Below are positions 41,110 to 50,543 of a DNA stretch of 59,878 nt, piece by piece. The notes below the pieces were generated by a model. It had not been told where the DNA came from. It did no database searches and worked only from the letters and a program-made list of their open reading frames with translations. Position 1 is the first letter of the stretch; each line of letters opens with the position of its first letter. Made by a program: the position numbers and the translations under genes. The stretch lies in contig SLPH01000064.1 of the NCBI GenBank assembly GCA_007132095.1, forward strand, positions 1-59,878, read 5' to 3'. This stretch comes from Syntrophomonadaceae bacterium. GTDB taxonomy: Bacteria; Bacillota; Dethiobacteria; DTU022.

Positions 41110-41138
41110 TTGACTTATGGTTAATGCTGGTTTATTAT
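41110..41138 (+). promoter_or_regulatory. sigma-A promoter of the SAM riboswitch/metK leader
   Basis: TTGACT-17 nt-TATTAT. Confidence 0.65.
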
Positions 41139-41161
41139 ATATGCCAGTTAAATACGATTTA

Positions 41162-41269
41162 CTCTTATCCAGAGCGGAGGAGGGACAGCCCCGATGAATC
41201 CCGGCAACCGGACCTGCAGGTTACGGTGCCAATTGCTGCGAAGCTGTTAAAGGCTTCGAGAGATGAGAG
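41162..41269 (+). ncRNA. SAM-I (S-box) riboswitch
   Basis: P1 CTCTTATC/GATGAGAG, CAGAG..GAGGGA...CCCGATGA, GGCAACC, GGTGCCAA core. Upstream of metK and followed by a terminator. Confidence 0.95.
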
Positions 41270-41278
41270 GCGCTGCGC

Positions 41279-41310
41279 AGGCCTCTTAAGGGAAAGGGGT
41301 CTTTTTTATT
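41279..41310 (+). terminator. Riboswitch expression-platform terminator
   Basis: AGGCCTCTT...AGGGGTCT hairpin followed by TTTTTATT. Confidence 0.75.
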
Positions 41311-41387
41311 GCTAAAAGCTAAATTTGGAGCATAAAGCAGCAGCTGGATATTTAAATGTAATCACACATGAGACAGGAGGAATAATA

Positions 41388-42581
41388 ATGCGTCAAAACA
41401 ACTATTTATTTACTTCGGAATCGGTTACAGAAGGTCATCCTGATAAAATGGCCGATCAGATTTCTGACTCCATCCTTGATGCCATATTAGAGCAGGATCC
41501 CCGGGCCCGTGTAGCGGCAGAGACAATGGTAACCACCGGCCTGGTTTTGGTTTGCGGGGAAATAACAACAGAATGCTATGTTGATATACCCAAACTGGTT
41601 CGTAATAAGGTGAAAGAAATTGGTTACACCAGGGCAAAGTTCGGGTTTGACGGTGACACCTGTGCAGTGCTAACCTCGATAGACGAGCAATCGCCCGATA
41701 TTGCTCTTGGAGTAGACAAAGCGCTGGAAGTGAGGCAGAATGAAGCGGGCAACAGCTATGACGCCACAGGCGCCGGAGACCAGGGTTTAATGTTCGGCTA
41801 TGCCTGCGATGAAACACCTGAGCTAATGCCTTTGCCGATTGCCCTCGCTCACAAGTTGGCCCGGCGTCTTGCCGAGGTGAGGAAAAAGGGGCTGCTCAAG
41901 TACTTGCGGCCTGACGGCAAAACCCAGGTTAGCGTTGCCTACTGCGACGGTCGCCCCTCCCATATTCAGACAATAGTAGTTTCCGCTCAGCACAGCGACT
42001 CCGTCACCCTGGAACAGCTGGAAGGCGACATAATAGAACATGTGATCAAACAAGTGGTTCCGGAAGGGCTGCTTCTGCCCCAGACCAGGTTCCTGGTCAA
42101 CCCTACCGGCCGATTTGTAATAGGCGGCCCCCAGGGCGATTCGGGGTTAACGGGGCGAAAAATTATTGTTGACACCTATGGCGGCTACGCTTCTCATGGC
42201 GGGGGCGCTTTTTCCGGCAAAGACCCGACCAAGGTCGACCGGTCTGCGTCATATGCCGCCCGCTATGCGGCAAAAAATGTTGTTGCCGCCGGCCTTGCTG
42301 CCAGGTGCCAGCTGCAGGTTGCCTATGCAATCGGGGTAGCCCAGCCGGTTTCATTAATGGTGGAGGCTTTCGGAACTGAACGGATCCCCGTTTCGGTTAT
42401 CGAGGACCTGGTACGGAAGCATTTTGACCTGCGGCCTGCCGCAATAATTGATTATTTTGACCTGCGCCGTCCGATATACCAGCAGCTTGCCGCTTATGGG
42501 CATTTTGGCCGGACCGACCTCGAACTGCCGTGGGAGAAGCTGGATAAAGTCAACCTTTTGCAAGAGGCCCTGGGGTCTTAG
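41388..42581 (+). CDS. metK: S-adenosylmethionine synthetase
   Basis: [35 protein letters not shown]; ATG after AGGAGG. Confidence 0.98.
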   Translation: MRQNNYLFTSESVTEGHPDKMADQISDSILDAILEQDPRARVAAETMVTTGLVLVCGEITTECYVDIPKLVRNKVKEIGYTRAKFGFDGDTCAVLTSIDEQSPDIALGVDKALEVRQNEAGNSYDATGAGDQGLMFGYACDETPELMPLPIALAHKLARRLAEVRKKGLLKYLRPDGKTQVSVAYCDGRPSHIQTIVVSAQHSDSVTLEQLEGDIIEHVIKQVVPEGLLLPQTRFLVNPTGRFVIGGPQGDSGLTGRKIIVDTYGGYASHGGGAFSGKDPTKVDRSASYAARYAAKNVVAAGLAARCQLQVAYAIGVAQPVSLMVEAFGTERIPVSVIEDLVRKHFDLRPAAIIDYFDLRRPIYQQLAAYGHFGRTDLELPWEKLDKVNLLQEALGS

Positions 42582-42646
42582 AAAGAATCGGGCTTCTCCG
42601 CGGATGCCTCCGACGAGGCATTGTGGTAGAATGAACTGATAAAAAT

Positions 42647-44857
42647 ATGTGCTCTGGAGGTGGCCTCCTGGAAAGTTTTGAAGGCACCCTGGAAAAAATA
42701 AAATTCTACAGCGAAGACAGCGCTTACCTGATCGGAACCCTGAGGTGCAAAGATGGTAAATGCGTCACCATCGTCGGCAATTTCCCTCCCATGCAGGAAG
42801 GAGAAACCCTTTCCCTGCAGGGTGAGTGGCAGATTCACAACCGCTATGGGAAACAGGTTAAAGTTGAAGAATGGGAAAGAATCATGCCCGCCACGGAGGA
42901 GGGCATAATTGGTTACCTCTCTTCAGGTTTAATCAAGGGGATTGGTCCGGTAACAGCCGCTCGCATGGTAAAAAAGTTCGGTTTAGATACACTTGAGGTG
43001 CTTGAAAAAGAGCCATACAGACTGCAGGAAGTAAATGGAATCGGTGATAAAAAAGCAGCCCAGATTATGCAGAGCTATAAGCGCTATAAAGATGTCCAAA
43101 ATGTGCTTGTCTTTTTACAAGGCTACGGCGTAGGAGTGGGGCAGGCAATGCGCCTCTTTCGCCGATACGGACCGCGAACCATAGAGTTGGTTCGCGAAAA
43201 CCCCTATCGCATGGCGGAAGATGTTTTCGGGATTGGATTCAAAACTGCGGACTCAATTGCCCGCCGCCTGGGGTTACCCGAGGGTTCTCCTGAAAGAGTT
43301 CAGGCCTCAATAACATACACCTTAAGCAGGGCTGCGGAACAGGGGCATGTATACCTGCCCAGGCCGGTCCTGTTTGAGAGGATCAGGGAGCTGCTTGATA
43401 TATCCGGAGAAGCTTTGCCTGAAGCATTCCTGGAAACCCAGCTTATGGCAATGATCGAAGGGAAACGCTTACAGAAGGAACAGCTTGAAGATGGCGAAGC
43501 TATTTACTATGCCCCGTTTTTTCAGGCTGAAACCGGAGCAGCCAGGTTATTCGCCGCCCTTTCCGCCGGCGCTGTCCGCTATGAAGATAAAAAAGAGGCT
43601 GAAGCGCTGGCTGCCGTTCAGAAAGAAGCCGCCCACCTGACAGGCGAACAGCAACAGGTGCTTGAGCAGTCATTAAGCTGCGGAGTGCTTATTGTGACCG
43701 GCGGGCCCGGAACCGGTAAAACCACTACGATCAAGGCTCTGCTCTCTCTATTCCAGAAGCTAAAAGAGAAGGTTTTGCTCGCCGCTCCAACCGGCCGGGC
43801 GGCGAAAAGAGTGACTGAAGCTACCGGGGAAGAAGCTTTTACGATTCACCGCATGCTGGAATACAGTTTTGTTGAGGATGAAGGCTTCCGGTTTCAGCGC
43901 AATGAAGATAACCCCGTCCAGGCCGGAGTAGTGATTGTCGACGAAGCTTCAATGGTAGACCTGCTCCTGGTTTACCAGCTTTTAAAAGCGATCCCGCCGG
44001 GCTGCCGCTTGATCATGGTCGGCGATGTTGACCAGCTTCCCGCGGTGGGGGCAGGCAACGTGCTGCGCGACCTGATCGGAGCCGGGAATATTTCCTGTAT
44101 CAGGCTCGGCCATATCTTCAGGCAGGCCCGGGAGAGCATGATTATTGTTAATGCGCACAGGGTAAACTGCGGGGAAATGCCCTATCTGAACCGGAAAAAC
44201 AAAGATTTCTTTTTCATCAATGAAGAAGATGCTGAAAACGCTGCCAGGCTCATTGTGCAGCTCTGCCGGGAGCGCCTTCCAAATTATGGCCCCTTTGACC
44301 CGCTGCTGGATATCCAGGTGCTGACCCCGATGAGGCGGACCGCTGCAGGCGTGGAAAGGCTTAACCTGCTGCTTCAGGAAGCGCTGAACCCCCCTTCATC
44401 CCGCAAACTGGAACAGATCGCAAAAGGTAATGTTTACCGGCTTGGCGATAAAGTGATGCAGGTTCGCAATAACTACCAGAAAGAAGTCTATAACGGCGAT
44501 ATCGGGCTTATAACCGCTATCGACAGGGAAGAGGGAGAACTGGTTGTAACATTCAGGGATTTGCTTCAGCCCCGGCCTGTTGTTTATGATTTCACAGAGC
44601 TTGATGAGCTGACTTTATCCTACGCGGTCTCTGTTCATAAGAGCCAGGGCAGTGAATATCCCGTAATTGTCATGCCTGTTTTAACCCAGCATTATATGCT
44701 GCTGCAGCGGAACCTGCTTTACACCGGCATCACCAGGGCTCGAAAGCTGGCGGTCCTCGTAGGCAGCAAGAAAGCCCTGGCCATAGCCGTAAAAAACAAC
44801 AAGGCAGAAGAGCGCTACAGCTATCTTGACGGTCGCTTAGCCGGAAAGAAGAAATAA
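42647..44857 (+). CDS. recD2: ATP-dependent RecD2-like helicase (true start may be CTG 42668)
   Basis: IKGIGP HhH, ENPY, TGGPGTGKTT, APTGRAAK, VDEASM, GDVDQLP.VG.G, HKSQGSE, LLYTGITRA. Confidence 0.93.
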   Translation: MCSGGGLLESFEGTLEKIKFYSEDSAYLIGTLRCKDGKCVTIVGNFPPMQEGETLSLQGEWQIHNRYGKQVKVEEWERIMPATEEGIIGYLSSGLIKGIGPVTAARMVKKFGLDTLEVLEKEPYRLQEVNGIGDKKAAQIMQSYKRYKDVQNVLVFLQGYGVGVGQAMRLFRRYGPRTIELVRENPYRMAEDVFGIGFKTADSIARRLGLPEGSPERVQASITYTLSRAAEQGHVYLPRPVLFERIRELLDISGEALPEAFLETQLMAMIEGKRLQKEQLEDGEAIYYAPFFQAETGAARLFAALSAGAVRYEDKKEAEALAAVQKEAAHLTGEQQQVLEQSLSCGVLIVTGGPGTGKTTTIKALLSLFQKLKEKVLLAAPTGRAAKRVTEATGEEAFTIHRMLEYSFVEDEGFRFQRNEDNPVQAGVVIVDEASMVDLLLVYQLLKAIPPGCRLIMVGDVDQLPAVGAGNVLRDLIGAGNISCIRLGHIFRQARESMIIVNAHRVNCGEMPYLNRKNKDFFFINEEDAENAARLIVQLCRERLPNYGPFDPLLDIQVLTPMRRTAAGVERLNLLLQEALNPPSSRKLEQIAKGNVYRLGDKVMQVRNNYQKEVYNGDIGLITAIDREEGELVVTFRDLLQPRPVVYDFTELDELTLSYAVSVHKSQGSEYPVIVMPVLTQHYMLLQRNLLYTGITRARKLAVLVGSKKALAIAVKNNKAEERYSYLDGRLAGKKK

Positions 44858-44858
44858 T

Positions 44859-45599
44859 TTGGTCATCAGAGATAATCGGATCGCGGGAAAGCCTTCCGCT
44901 TTACAGCGCTTTTCGGAAACAATATGGGAGACCCTTTATCCGGATCGGTGCTTGTTCTGCCGTATTATTATGCCTCCGGAGGCCGCGTACCCTCTCTGCC
45001 TGGAATGCCAGGCGGTTTTCGTTCCGGCCGGCTTGCTCTGCATTCATTGTGAAAGGCCGATTGAAAGAAAAGTATGTGACTGTAAATTTTCCGGTCAGGC
45101 TCTCGCAGGTTTTTTTGCCCTGACCTGGTATAACCGGCATTGGCGCAAGATTCTTCACGGCTTGAAATATGGCTCCAGGCGTTCACTGGCCAGGCCCCTT
45201 GGGAAGTGGCTCGGCCGGGAAATAATGGATGGCCGCTACTTCGACGCTGATTATATTGTCCCTGTTCCTATCCACGAAAGCCGTTATCGGCAGCGCGGCT
45301 ATAATCAGAGCGCGCTGCTGGCGCAATACATGGGTCGCGAAATGGATCTGCCTGTTTATGATTTGTTGCAAAAAACGGTTCAGACTCCTCCACAAACGGG
45401 GCTCTCCCGCCGTGATCGCATCTCTAATATGCGCGGTTCCTTTACCTGCCTCAGTTTATCACTGCAGGGAAGCCGGGTCTTGCTGGTAGACGATGTTTTC
45501 ACAACGGGCGCTACGGTCAGGGAAGCATCTTCTGAACTGATTAAGGCCGGCGCATCGGTTTTCGGGGCAGTCGTCGCCTTTAACCCGAGGTTAAATTGA
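44859..45599 (+). CDS. comFC: ComF family protein (double zinc ribbon + PRTase)
   Basis: N-terminal CxxC pairs, VPVP.H..R..QRGYNQS, LLVDDVFTTGAT. Confidence 0.88.
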   Translation: MVIRDNRIAGKPSALQRFSETIWETLYPDRCLFCRIIMPPEAAYPLCLECQAVFVPAGLLCIHCERPIERKVCDCKFSGQALAGFFALTWYNRHWRKILHGLKYGSRRSLARPLGKWLGREIMDGRYFDADYIVPVPIHESRYRQRGYNQSALLAQYMGREMDLPVYDLLQKTVQTPPQTGLSRRDRISNMRGSFTCLSLSLQGSRVLLVDDVFTTGATVREASSELIKAGASVFGAVVAFNPRLN

Positions 45600-45611
45600 T
45601 TCTGCATCAGG

Positions 45612-45638
45612 GCAGGATTTTTTACTGGACAGGTGAAT
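45612..45638 (+). promoter_or_regulatory. sigma-H promoter of hpf
   Basis: GCAGGATTT...GTGAAT with 17 nt between AGGA and GAAT. The B. subtilis ortholog yvyD is sigma-H transcribed. Confidence 0.65.
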
Positions 45639-45690
45639 TATAACTGTAGTAATATGTTTATCAATATACGGCGGAGGGAGATAGATATAT

Positions 45691-46227
45691 ATGAAAGTAA
45701 TAGTGCGTGGTAAAAATATTGAAGCAACGCCGGCTCTTGTAGATTATGCCACGAAAAAACTGAGTAAACTGGAAAAGCACTTTGACCGCGCGGCCGATGC
45801 CCAGGTAGTGCTGTCTGTAATTAGAGAGGATCATATTGTTGAAGTAACTTTTAACCTCGACGGGCTTATCCTGCGCGGCGAGGAATCGACCGGTGATATG
45901 TATGCCTCTATTGATATGGTTGCCGATAAACTGGAAAAACAGATTGGAAAATACAAAACCCGCATGAACAAATCGATGCGTCAACAGGGGCTGCGGACAA
46001 TAAGCGAGAAACACGCGGCCAAAGAAGCTGAAGAAAGAGCATCCGAAGAACCAACTGTGGTAAAAACCAAGCGCTTCACGCTCAAGCCGATGACGGTTGA
46101 AGAAGCTATCATGCAGATGGACTTGTTGGGCCATGATTTCTTTGTCTATTCCGATGCGGACAGCGACTCCGTAAATGTGCTGTACAGGCGCAAAGATGGT
46201 AACTACGGGTTGATTGAACCTGAGTAA
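45691..46227 (+). CDS. hpf: Ribosome hibernation promoting factor (long HPF)
   Basis: RGKNIEAT.AL, DMYASID, KPMTVEEAIMQM.LLGHDF, YRRKDGNYGLIE. Confidence 0.96.
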   Translation: MKVIVRGKNIEATPALVDYATKKLSKLEKHFDRAADAQVVLSVIREDHIVEVTFNLDGLILRGEESTGDMYASIDMVADKLEKQIGKYKTRMNKSMRQQGLRTISEKHAAKEAEERASEEPTVVKTKRFTLKPMTVEEAIMQMDLLGHDFFVYSDADSDSVNVLYRRKDGNYGLIEPE

Positions 46228-46233
46228 AGTTTC

Positions 46234-46260
46234 AAAACGGGCCGGCAACCCGGCCGTTTT
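46234..46260 (+). terminator. Hairpin / probable terminator after hpf
   Basis: AAAACGG-GCCGG-CAAC-CCGGC-CGTTTT inverted repeat. Confidence 0.55.
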
Positions 46261-46277
46261 GCAGAAGAGGTAAATAG

Positions 46278-47411
46278 ATGCGCGACTCTGTTTCTGTCGT
46301 TATGTTTGAAGGCTCTGATCCCCGGAGCAGGGTTGAAGAAATGATTACCGCTGTTCGCCAGGCTTCCCTGCTGGACAACCTTGAAAAGATGAAGATGGTT
46401 CCTGAGATTGGATCCATCTATCTTTATACCAACAGGGCTGAGTTGGTCAGGGATGCAGAAAATGCCGGCGCGAGGGTTGAGCTTAACTCGACAGCCCCCG
46501 CCGGCTTTCACTTTGGCCGTGCCCTGCAGAAAGCGGTCAGGGACAACAACCTGACCCGGGTATTTTGTCTGAACGGTGCGGGATGCCCGCTGATCAGCCC
46601 TTCTGAGCTCTCAATGATCTGTCGGACCCTGCTGACCAGGGAAAATTTTGTCTATACCAACAATACTCAATCTGCGGATATCGCTGCTTTCACGGTAACT
46701 GATGGTTTTGCCGGACTGGAGCTGCCGGCAATGGATAACAGCCTGGCCCTGACCCTGCGGGACGAATTGGGCCTCGAAATGGAACTAATGCCGCACAGCT
46801 TAGGGCTGCTGTTTGACATTGATACCCCGTCTGACCTGCTGGTTTTGGGATCAGGCCCCTTTTGCGGAATGAAAACCAGGGCCGCCTTAGACTGCCTAAA
46901 CCTGGATTACACGCGGCTTGAGCAAGCCAAGCAGGTTCTCGGAAATGAATACCGCGACGTTGCCCTGGTCGGCCGTGTCGGGGCCCCTGTCATTGCGAGA
47001 CTAAATGCGATCCTGAAGCTGCGGCTGCGCATATTTTCCGAGGAGCGCGGTATGAAATCTTTAGGCCGGATTGCCTCGCGTGAAGTAGTCTCGCTGCTCG
47101 GGATGTTGATCGAACATTCCGGGTTGGAGAAATTCTTTTCTTACCTGGAAAAGGTCGCCGAATGTGCATTCATCGACAGCAGGGTCCTGATGTATCATTT
47201 CGGCTGCTATCTCTCCGATCAGGAGCGGTACCTGTCCGATCTCGGCCTCTGGCAAGAAATTGAAAACCCCTGGTTGCAAGAGTTTACCAGGCTGGCTTCG
47301 GAATGCGGCATACCGGTCATTCTCGGGGGACACTCGCTTGTCTCCGGCAGCCTCTGGGCGCTTACCTGCGAGCTGAATCCCGATGAGCGGGAATCATGGA
47401 GATCTTGTTAG
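46278..47411 (+). CDS. Hypothetical protein with CofC-like nucleotidyltransferase motif
   Basis: 377-aa ORF with GAGGT RBS. LFDIDTPSDL resembles the D(I/V)DTP.DL motif of CofC/MobA-like NTP transferases. Function unknown. Confidence 0.6.
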   Translation: MRDSVSVVMFEGSDPRSRVEEMITAVRQASLLDNLEKMKMVPEIGSIYLYTNRAELVRDAENAGARVELNSTAPAGFHFGRALQKAVRDNNLTRVFCLNGAGCPLISPSELSMICRTLLTRENFVYTNNTQSADIAAFTVTDGFAGLELPAMDNSLALTLRDELGLEMELMPHSLGLLFDIDTPSDLLVLGSGPFCGMKTRAALDCLNLDYTRLEQAKQVLGNEYRDVALVGRVGAPVIARLNAILKLRLRIFSEERGMKSLGRIASREVVSLLGMLIEHSGLEKFFSYLEKVAECAFIDSRVLMYHFGCYLSDQERYLSDLGLWQEIENPWLQEFTRLASECGIPVILGGHSLVSGSLWALTCELNPDERESWRSC

Positions 47412-47521
47412 CAGGCCGGTAGTTATGTTAATATGCATAGAGAAGCCGCGCATTCACAGCGCCTGCCGGTAAGGAGCCAAGAGGTTCCTTTTTGCTGAGT
47501 GCAGATGAAGGGAGTTTTGTG

Positions 47522-50506
47522 ATGGCTGCTTTTATTCATAAGCTATTTGGCGATCCAAACCAGAAAGAACTGCGACGGTTGGAAAAAACGGTTGCCCGGG
47601 TCAATGAACTTGAAGATTGGACCTCTTCTCTTGATGAAGCCGAATTTCCAATCCAGACCGAAAAATTTAAAACCCGCCTGGCAGAAGGGGAAAGCCTCGA
47701 TGACCTTTTGCCGGAAGCATATGCCCTGGTCCGGGAAGCGGCCAGGCGTAAAACGGGAATGCGCCCTTTCGATGTCCAGATTATTGGCGGTATCGTTCTT
47801 CATCATGGGCGCATCGCGGAAATGAAAACCGGTGAGGGGAAAACCCTGGTTGCAACCCTGCCATCCTATCTTAACGCGCTTACCGGTAAGGGGGTCCACG
47901 TAGTTACGGTGAACGACTACCTGGCCCGCCGGGATCGCTACTGGATGGGCCCGATTTTTGAAATGCTGGGCTTAAAAGTGGGGTTGATCGTGCAGGGGCT
48001 CGAACCGGAGCAGCGCCGGGAATCGTATCACGCTGATATTGTTTATGCCACCAACAACGAACTCGGTTTTGATTACCTGCGTGATAACATGGTTCTCTAC
48101 AAAAAAGACATGGTGCAGCGGGAACTGCACTTTGCCATTGTTGACGAAGTTGACAGCATCCTGATCGATGAAGCGCGCACCCCTCTTATTATCAGCAGCC
48201 GGGTTGAGTCCCGCGAAGAATATGGCCGTTGGAAAAATGAGGTTGAGCACTTAATCCGCAGGCAGGGTAAGCTGGTCAATGATTTGCTGAACCAGGCCCG
48301 AAAAGAACTCGATGATCAAAACCTGGAAGAAGCTGCAGAACTGCTGCTGCTGGCTCGTCGGGGTTCGCCGAAGAATAAAACCCTGATGAAGATGCTCAAG
48401 GAGCAGGGTGTCGAAAAGCTGGTTGAGAGGACACGCCAGCGGCTGATGACTGAGAAAAGACTCAACGCTCTCGATGAAGAGCTGTACTACCTGATTGATG
48501 AAGCAACCAGGCATGCCGACATCAAGGACAAAGGTTATCGCGAACTGGAAAAAATTAACCCCGAGCTGATGAAGCTGCTATCCCTGGACCGAGGCGGCGA
48601 AGAGTCTGAAGCCATGGACGATGTTGATCAGGCTGAAGCGGCGGGCGAACACCGGCATTATTTTGACCAGCTGATCAGGGCCTATTCGCTCTATGAGCGG
48701 GATGTTGACTACGTGGTTCAGGACGGCAAGGTAATCATCGTTGATCTTTTTACCGGCCGCCTGATGCACGGTAGACGCTATTCCGACGGACTGCACCAGG
48801 CTATCGAGGCCAAAGAGGGTGTAGAAGTGCAGGCGGCTACCCGCACGGTAGCCTCAATTACATTCCAGAACTACTTCCGCATGTATGAGAAGATTGCCGG
48901 AATGACCGGGACTGCCCTGACCGAAGAGGCCGAATTCCGCAGTATTTATGGCATGGATGTCGTGGAAATTCCGACAAACAAACATTTAATCCGGCAAGAG
49001 CTGCCAGACTTAATCTATAAGACCGATCGGGCTAAGTTTCAGGCTGTCATGGAGGAAATAGCCCAACTGCAGGAGCGCGGCCAGCCGGTGCTTGTCGGTA
49101 CAGTTTCTGTTGAAAAATCTGAAATGCTCAGCAAGATGCTCAAGCGGCACGGTATTGCCCACGAGGTTTTAAATGCAGTCAACCATACCCGTGAAGCTTA
49201 TATCATTGCCCAGGCCGGTAGGAAATCAGCGGTAACTATATCCACCAACATGGCCGGGCGAGGCACCGATATTATCCTGGGCGGCAACCCTGACTATCTG
49301 GCTCGCGAACAGCTGGAAAAAGAGTTTGATGCCCAACCTGGCGAACTCCAGGATTCTGAGAAAGAAAAATGGGAAGCCCGCCACAGGGAACTGTTGGATA
49401 AATATCTGGAGGAAGCCCGCCTGCAGCGCCAGGAAGTACTGCAGCTGGGAGGCTTGCATGTTTTGGGAACAGAGCGTCATGAGAGCCGGAGGATTGACAA
49501 CCAGCTGCGCGGCCGCTCCGGGCGGCAGGGCGATCCGGGCTCTTCCCAGTTTTTCGTTTCCCTGGAAGATGACCTGATGCGCCTGTTTGGCGGGGATAAT
49601 ATTGCATCTTTAATGGATCGCTTCGGCATCGAAGAGGATGTTCCCATCGACCATCCCCTTGTAGGGCGGGCTATCGAGAATGCCCAGAAGAAGGTCGAAT
49701 CCCGCAACTTTGAAATCAGGCGCAGCCTGCTGGACTATGACGATGTTCTCAATGCCCAGCGTAAAGTTATCTACAGCCAGCGCCGCCGCGTACTTGAAGG
49801 CGAAAACATGAAGGAGCCGGTCCTGGAGATGGTTCGGGAAGTTGCCGTTCGCATGGTCGGCGAATTTACCGCTGAACAGGGTTTTCTTGATGATCAGAGC
49901 GCCCGCAGCCTGCTGGAACAGGCTGAAGGGTCCTTCTTGCGCCGCGGCGCCGTGGATGTTGAAGAGATCTCTGACCAGGAAGAGCAGGACGTGCTTAAGA
50001 TCTTCCTTGACGAGGCCCGCGCATTTTATGAACAGCGGGAGCAGGAGCTAACTGTCGATGTAATGCGCGAACTCGAGCGCGTCATCCTGCTTAAAACGGT
50101 AGACCGGCACTGGATGTACTTTATAGATGTGATGCACGAATTAAGGCGCGAAGTGCACACCCAGGCCTACGCCCAGCGCGATCCCCTGGTAGCCTACAAA
50201 CGTCAAAGCTTTGATATGTTTGAAGATATGATCCAGCAGGTCCAGGCTGATGTAGTCAGGGCGGCATACCAGGTAAAGGTTTCTGCCGCGCCCCAGCGGC
50301 AGTCGGTGACCGGCCAGCAAACAACCGGCTTCAAGCCCGGTATCACGGCGGTGGGTGGAGGCAGACCTGCCTCTCAGCCTGGAGCGGGCCACCAGGCAGC
50401 GGGGGCAAAACAAAAGCAGCAGCCGGTAACCGTTGAGAAAATTGGAAGGAACGATCCCTGCCCCTGTGGCAGCGGTAAGAAATACAAAAAATGCTGCGGT
50501 AAATGA
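47522..50506 (+). CDS. secA: Preprotein translocase subunit SecA
   Basis: IAEMKTGEGKTL, DEVDSILIDEARTPLIIS, TNMAGRGTDI, RRIDNQLRGRSGRQGDPG, C-terminal GRNDPCPCGSGKKYKKCC. Confidence 0.98.
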   Translation: MAAFIHKLFGDPNQKELRRLEKTVARVNELEDWTSSLDEAEFPIQTEKFKTRLAEGESLDDLLPEAYALVREAARRKTGMRPFDVQIIGGIVLHHGRIAEMKTGEGKTLVATLPSYLNALTGKGVHVVTVNDYLARRDRYWMGPIFEMLGLKVGLIVQGLEPEQRRESYHADIVYATNNELGFDYLRDNMVLYKKDMVQRELHFAIVDEVDSILIDEARTPLIISSRVESREEYGRWKNEVEHLIRRQGKLVNDLLNQARKELDDQNLEEAAELLLLARRGSPKNKTLMKMLKEQGVEKLVERTRQRLMTEKRLNALDEELYYLIDEATRHADIKDKGYRELEKINPELMKLLSLDRGGEESEAMDDVDQAEAAGEHRHYFDQLIRAYSLYERDVDYVVQDGKVIIVDLFTGRLMHGRRYSDGLHQAIEAKEGVEVQAATRTVASITFQNYFRMYEKIAGMTGTALTEEAEFRSIYGMDVVEIPTNKHLIRQELPDLIYKTDRAKFQAVMEEIAQLQERGQPVLVGTVSVEKSEMLSKMLKRHGIAHEVLNAVNHTREAYIIAQAGRKSAVTISTNMAGRGTDIILGGNPDYLAREQLEKEFDAQPGELQDSEKEKWEARHRELLDKYLEEARLQRQEVLQLGGLHVLGTERHESRRIDNQLRGRSGRQGDPGSSQFFVSLEDDLMRLFGGDNIASLMDRFGIEEDVPIDHPLVGRAIENAQKKVESRNFEIRRSLLDYDDVLNAQRKVIYSQRRRVLEGENMKEPVLEMVREVAVRMVGEFTAEQGFLDDQSARSLLEQAEGSFLRRGAVDVEEISDQEEQDVLKIFLDEARAFYEQREQELTVDVMRELERVILLKTVDRHWMYFIDVMHELRREVHTQAYAQRDPLVAYKRQSFDMFEDMIQQVQADVVRAAYQVKVSAAPQRQSVTGQQTTGFKPGITAVGGGRPASQPGAGHQAAGAKQKQQPVTVEKIGRNDPCPCGSGKKYKKCCGK

Positions 50507-50543
50507 TAAATTAAAGCAAATGCAGCTGAGAGCAGGTGGGAAG

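Noticed and set aside
41124-41315. 63-aa ORF upstream of metK
   Set aside because: Coincides with the promoter and SAM-I riboswitch.
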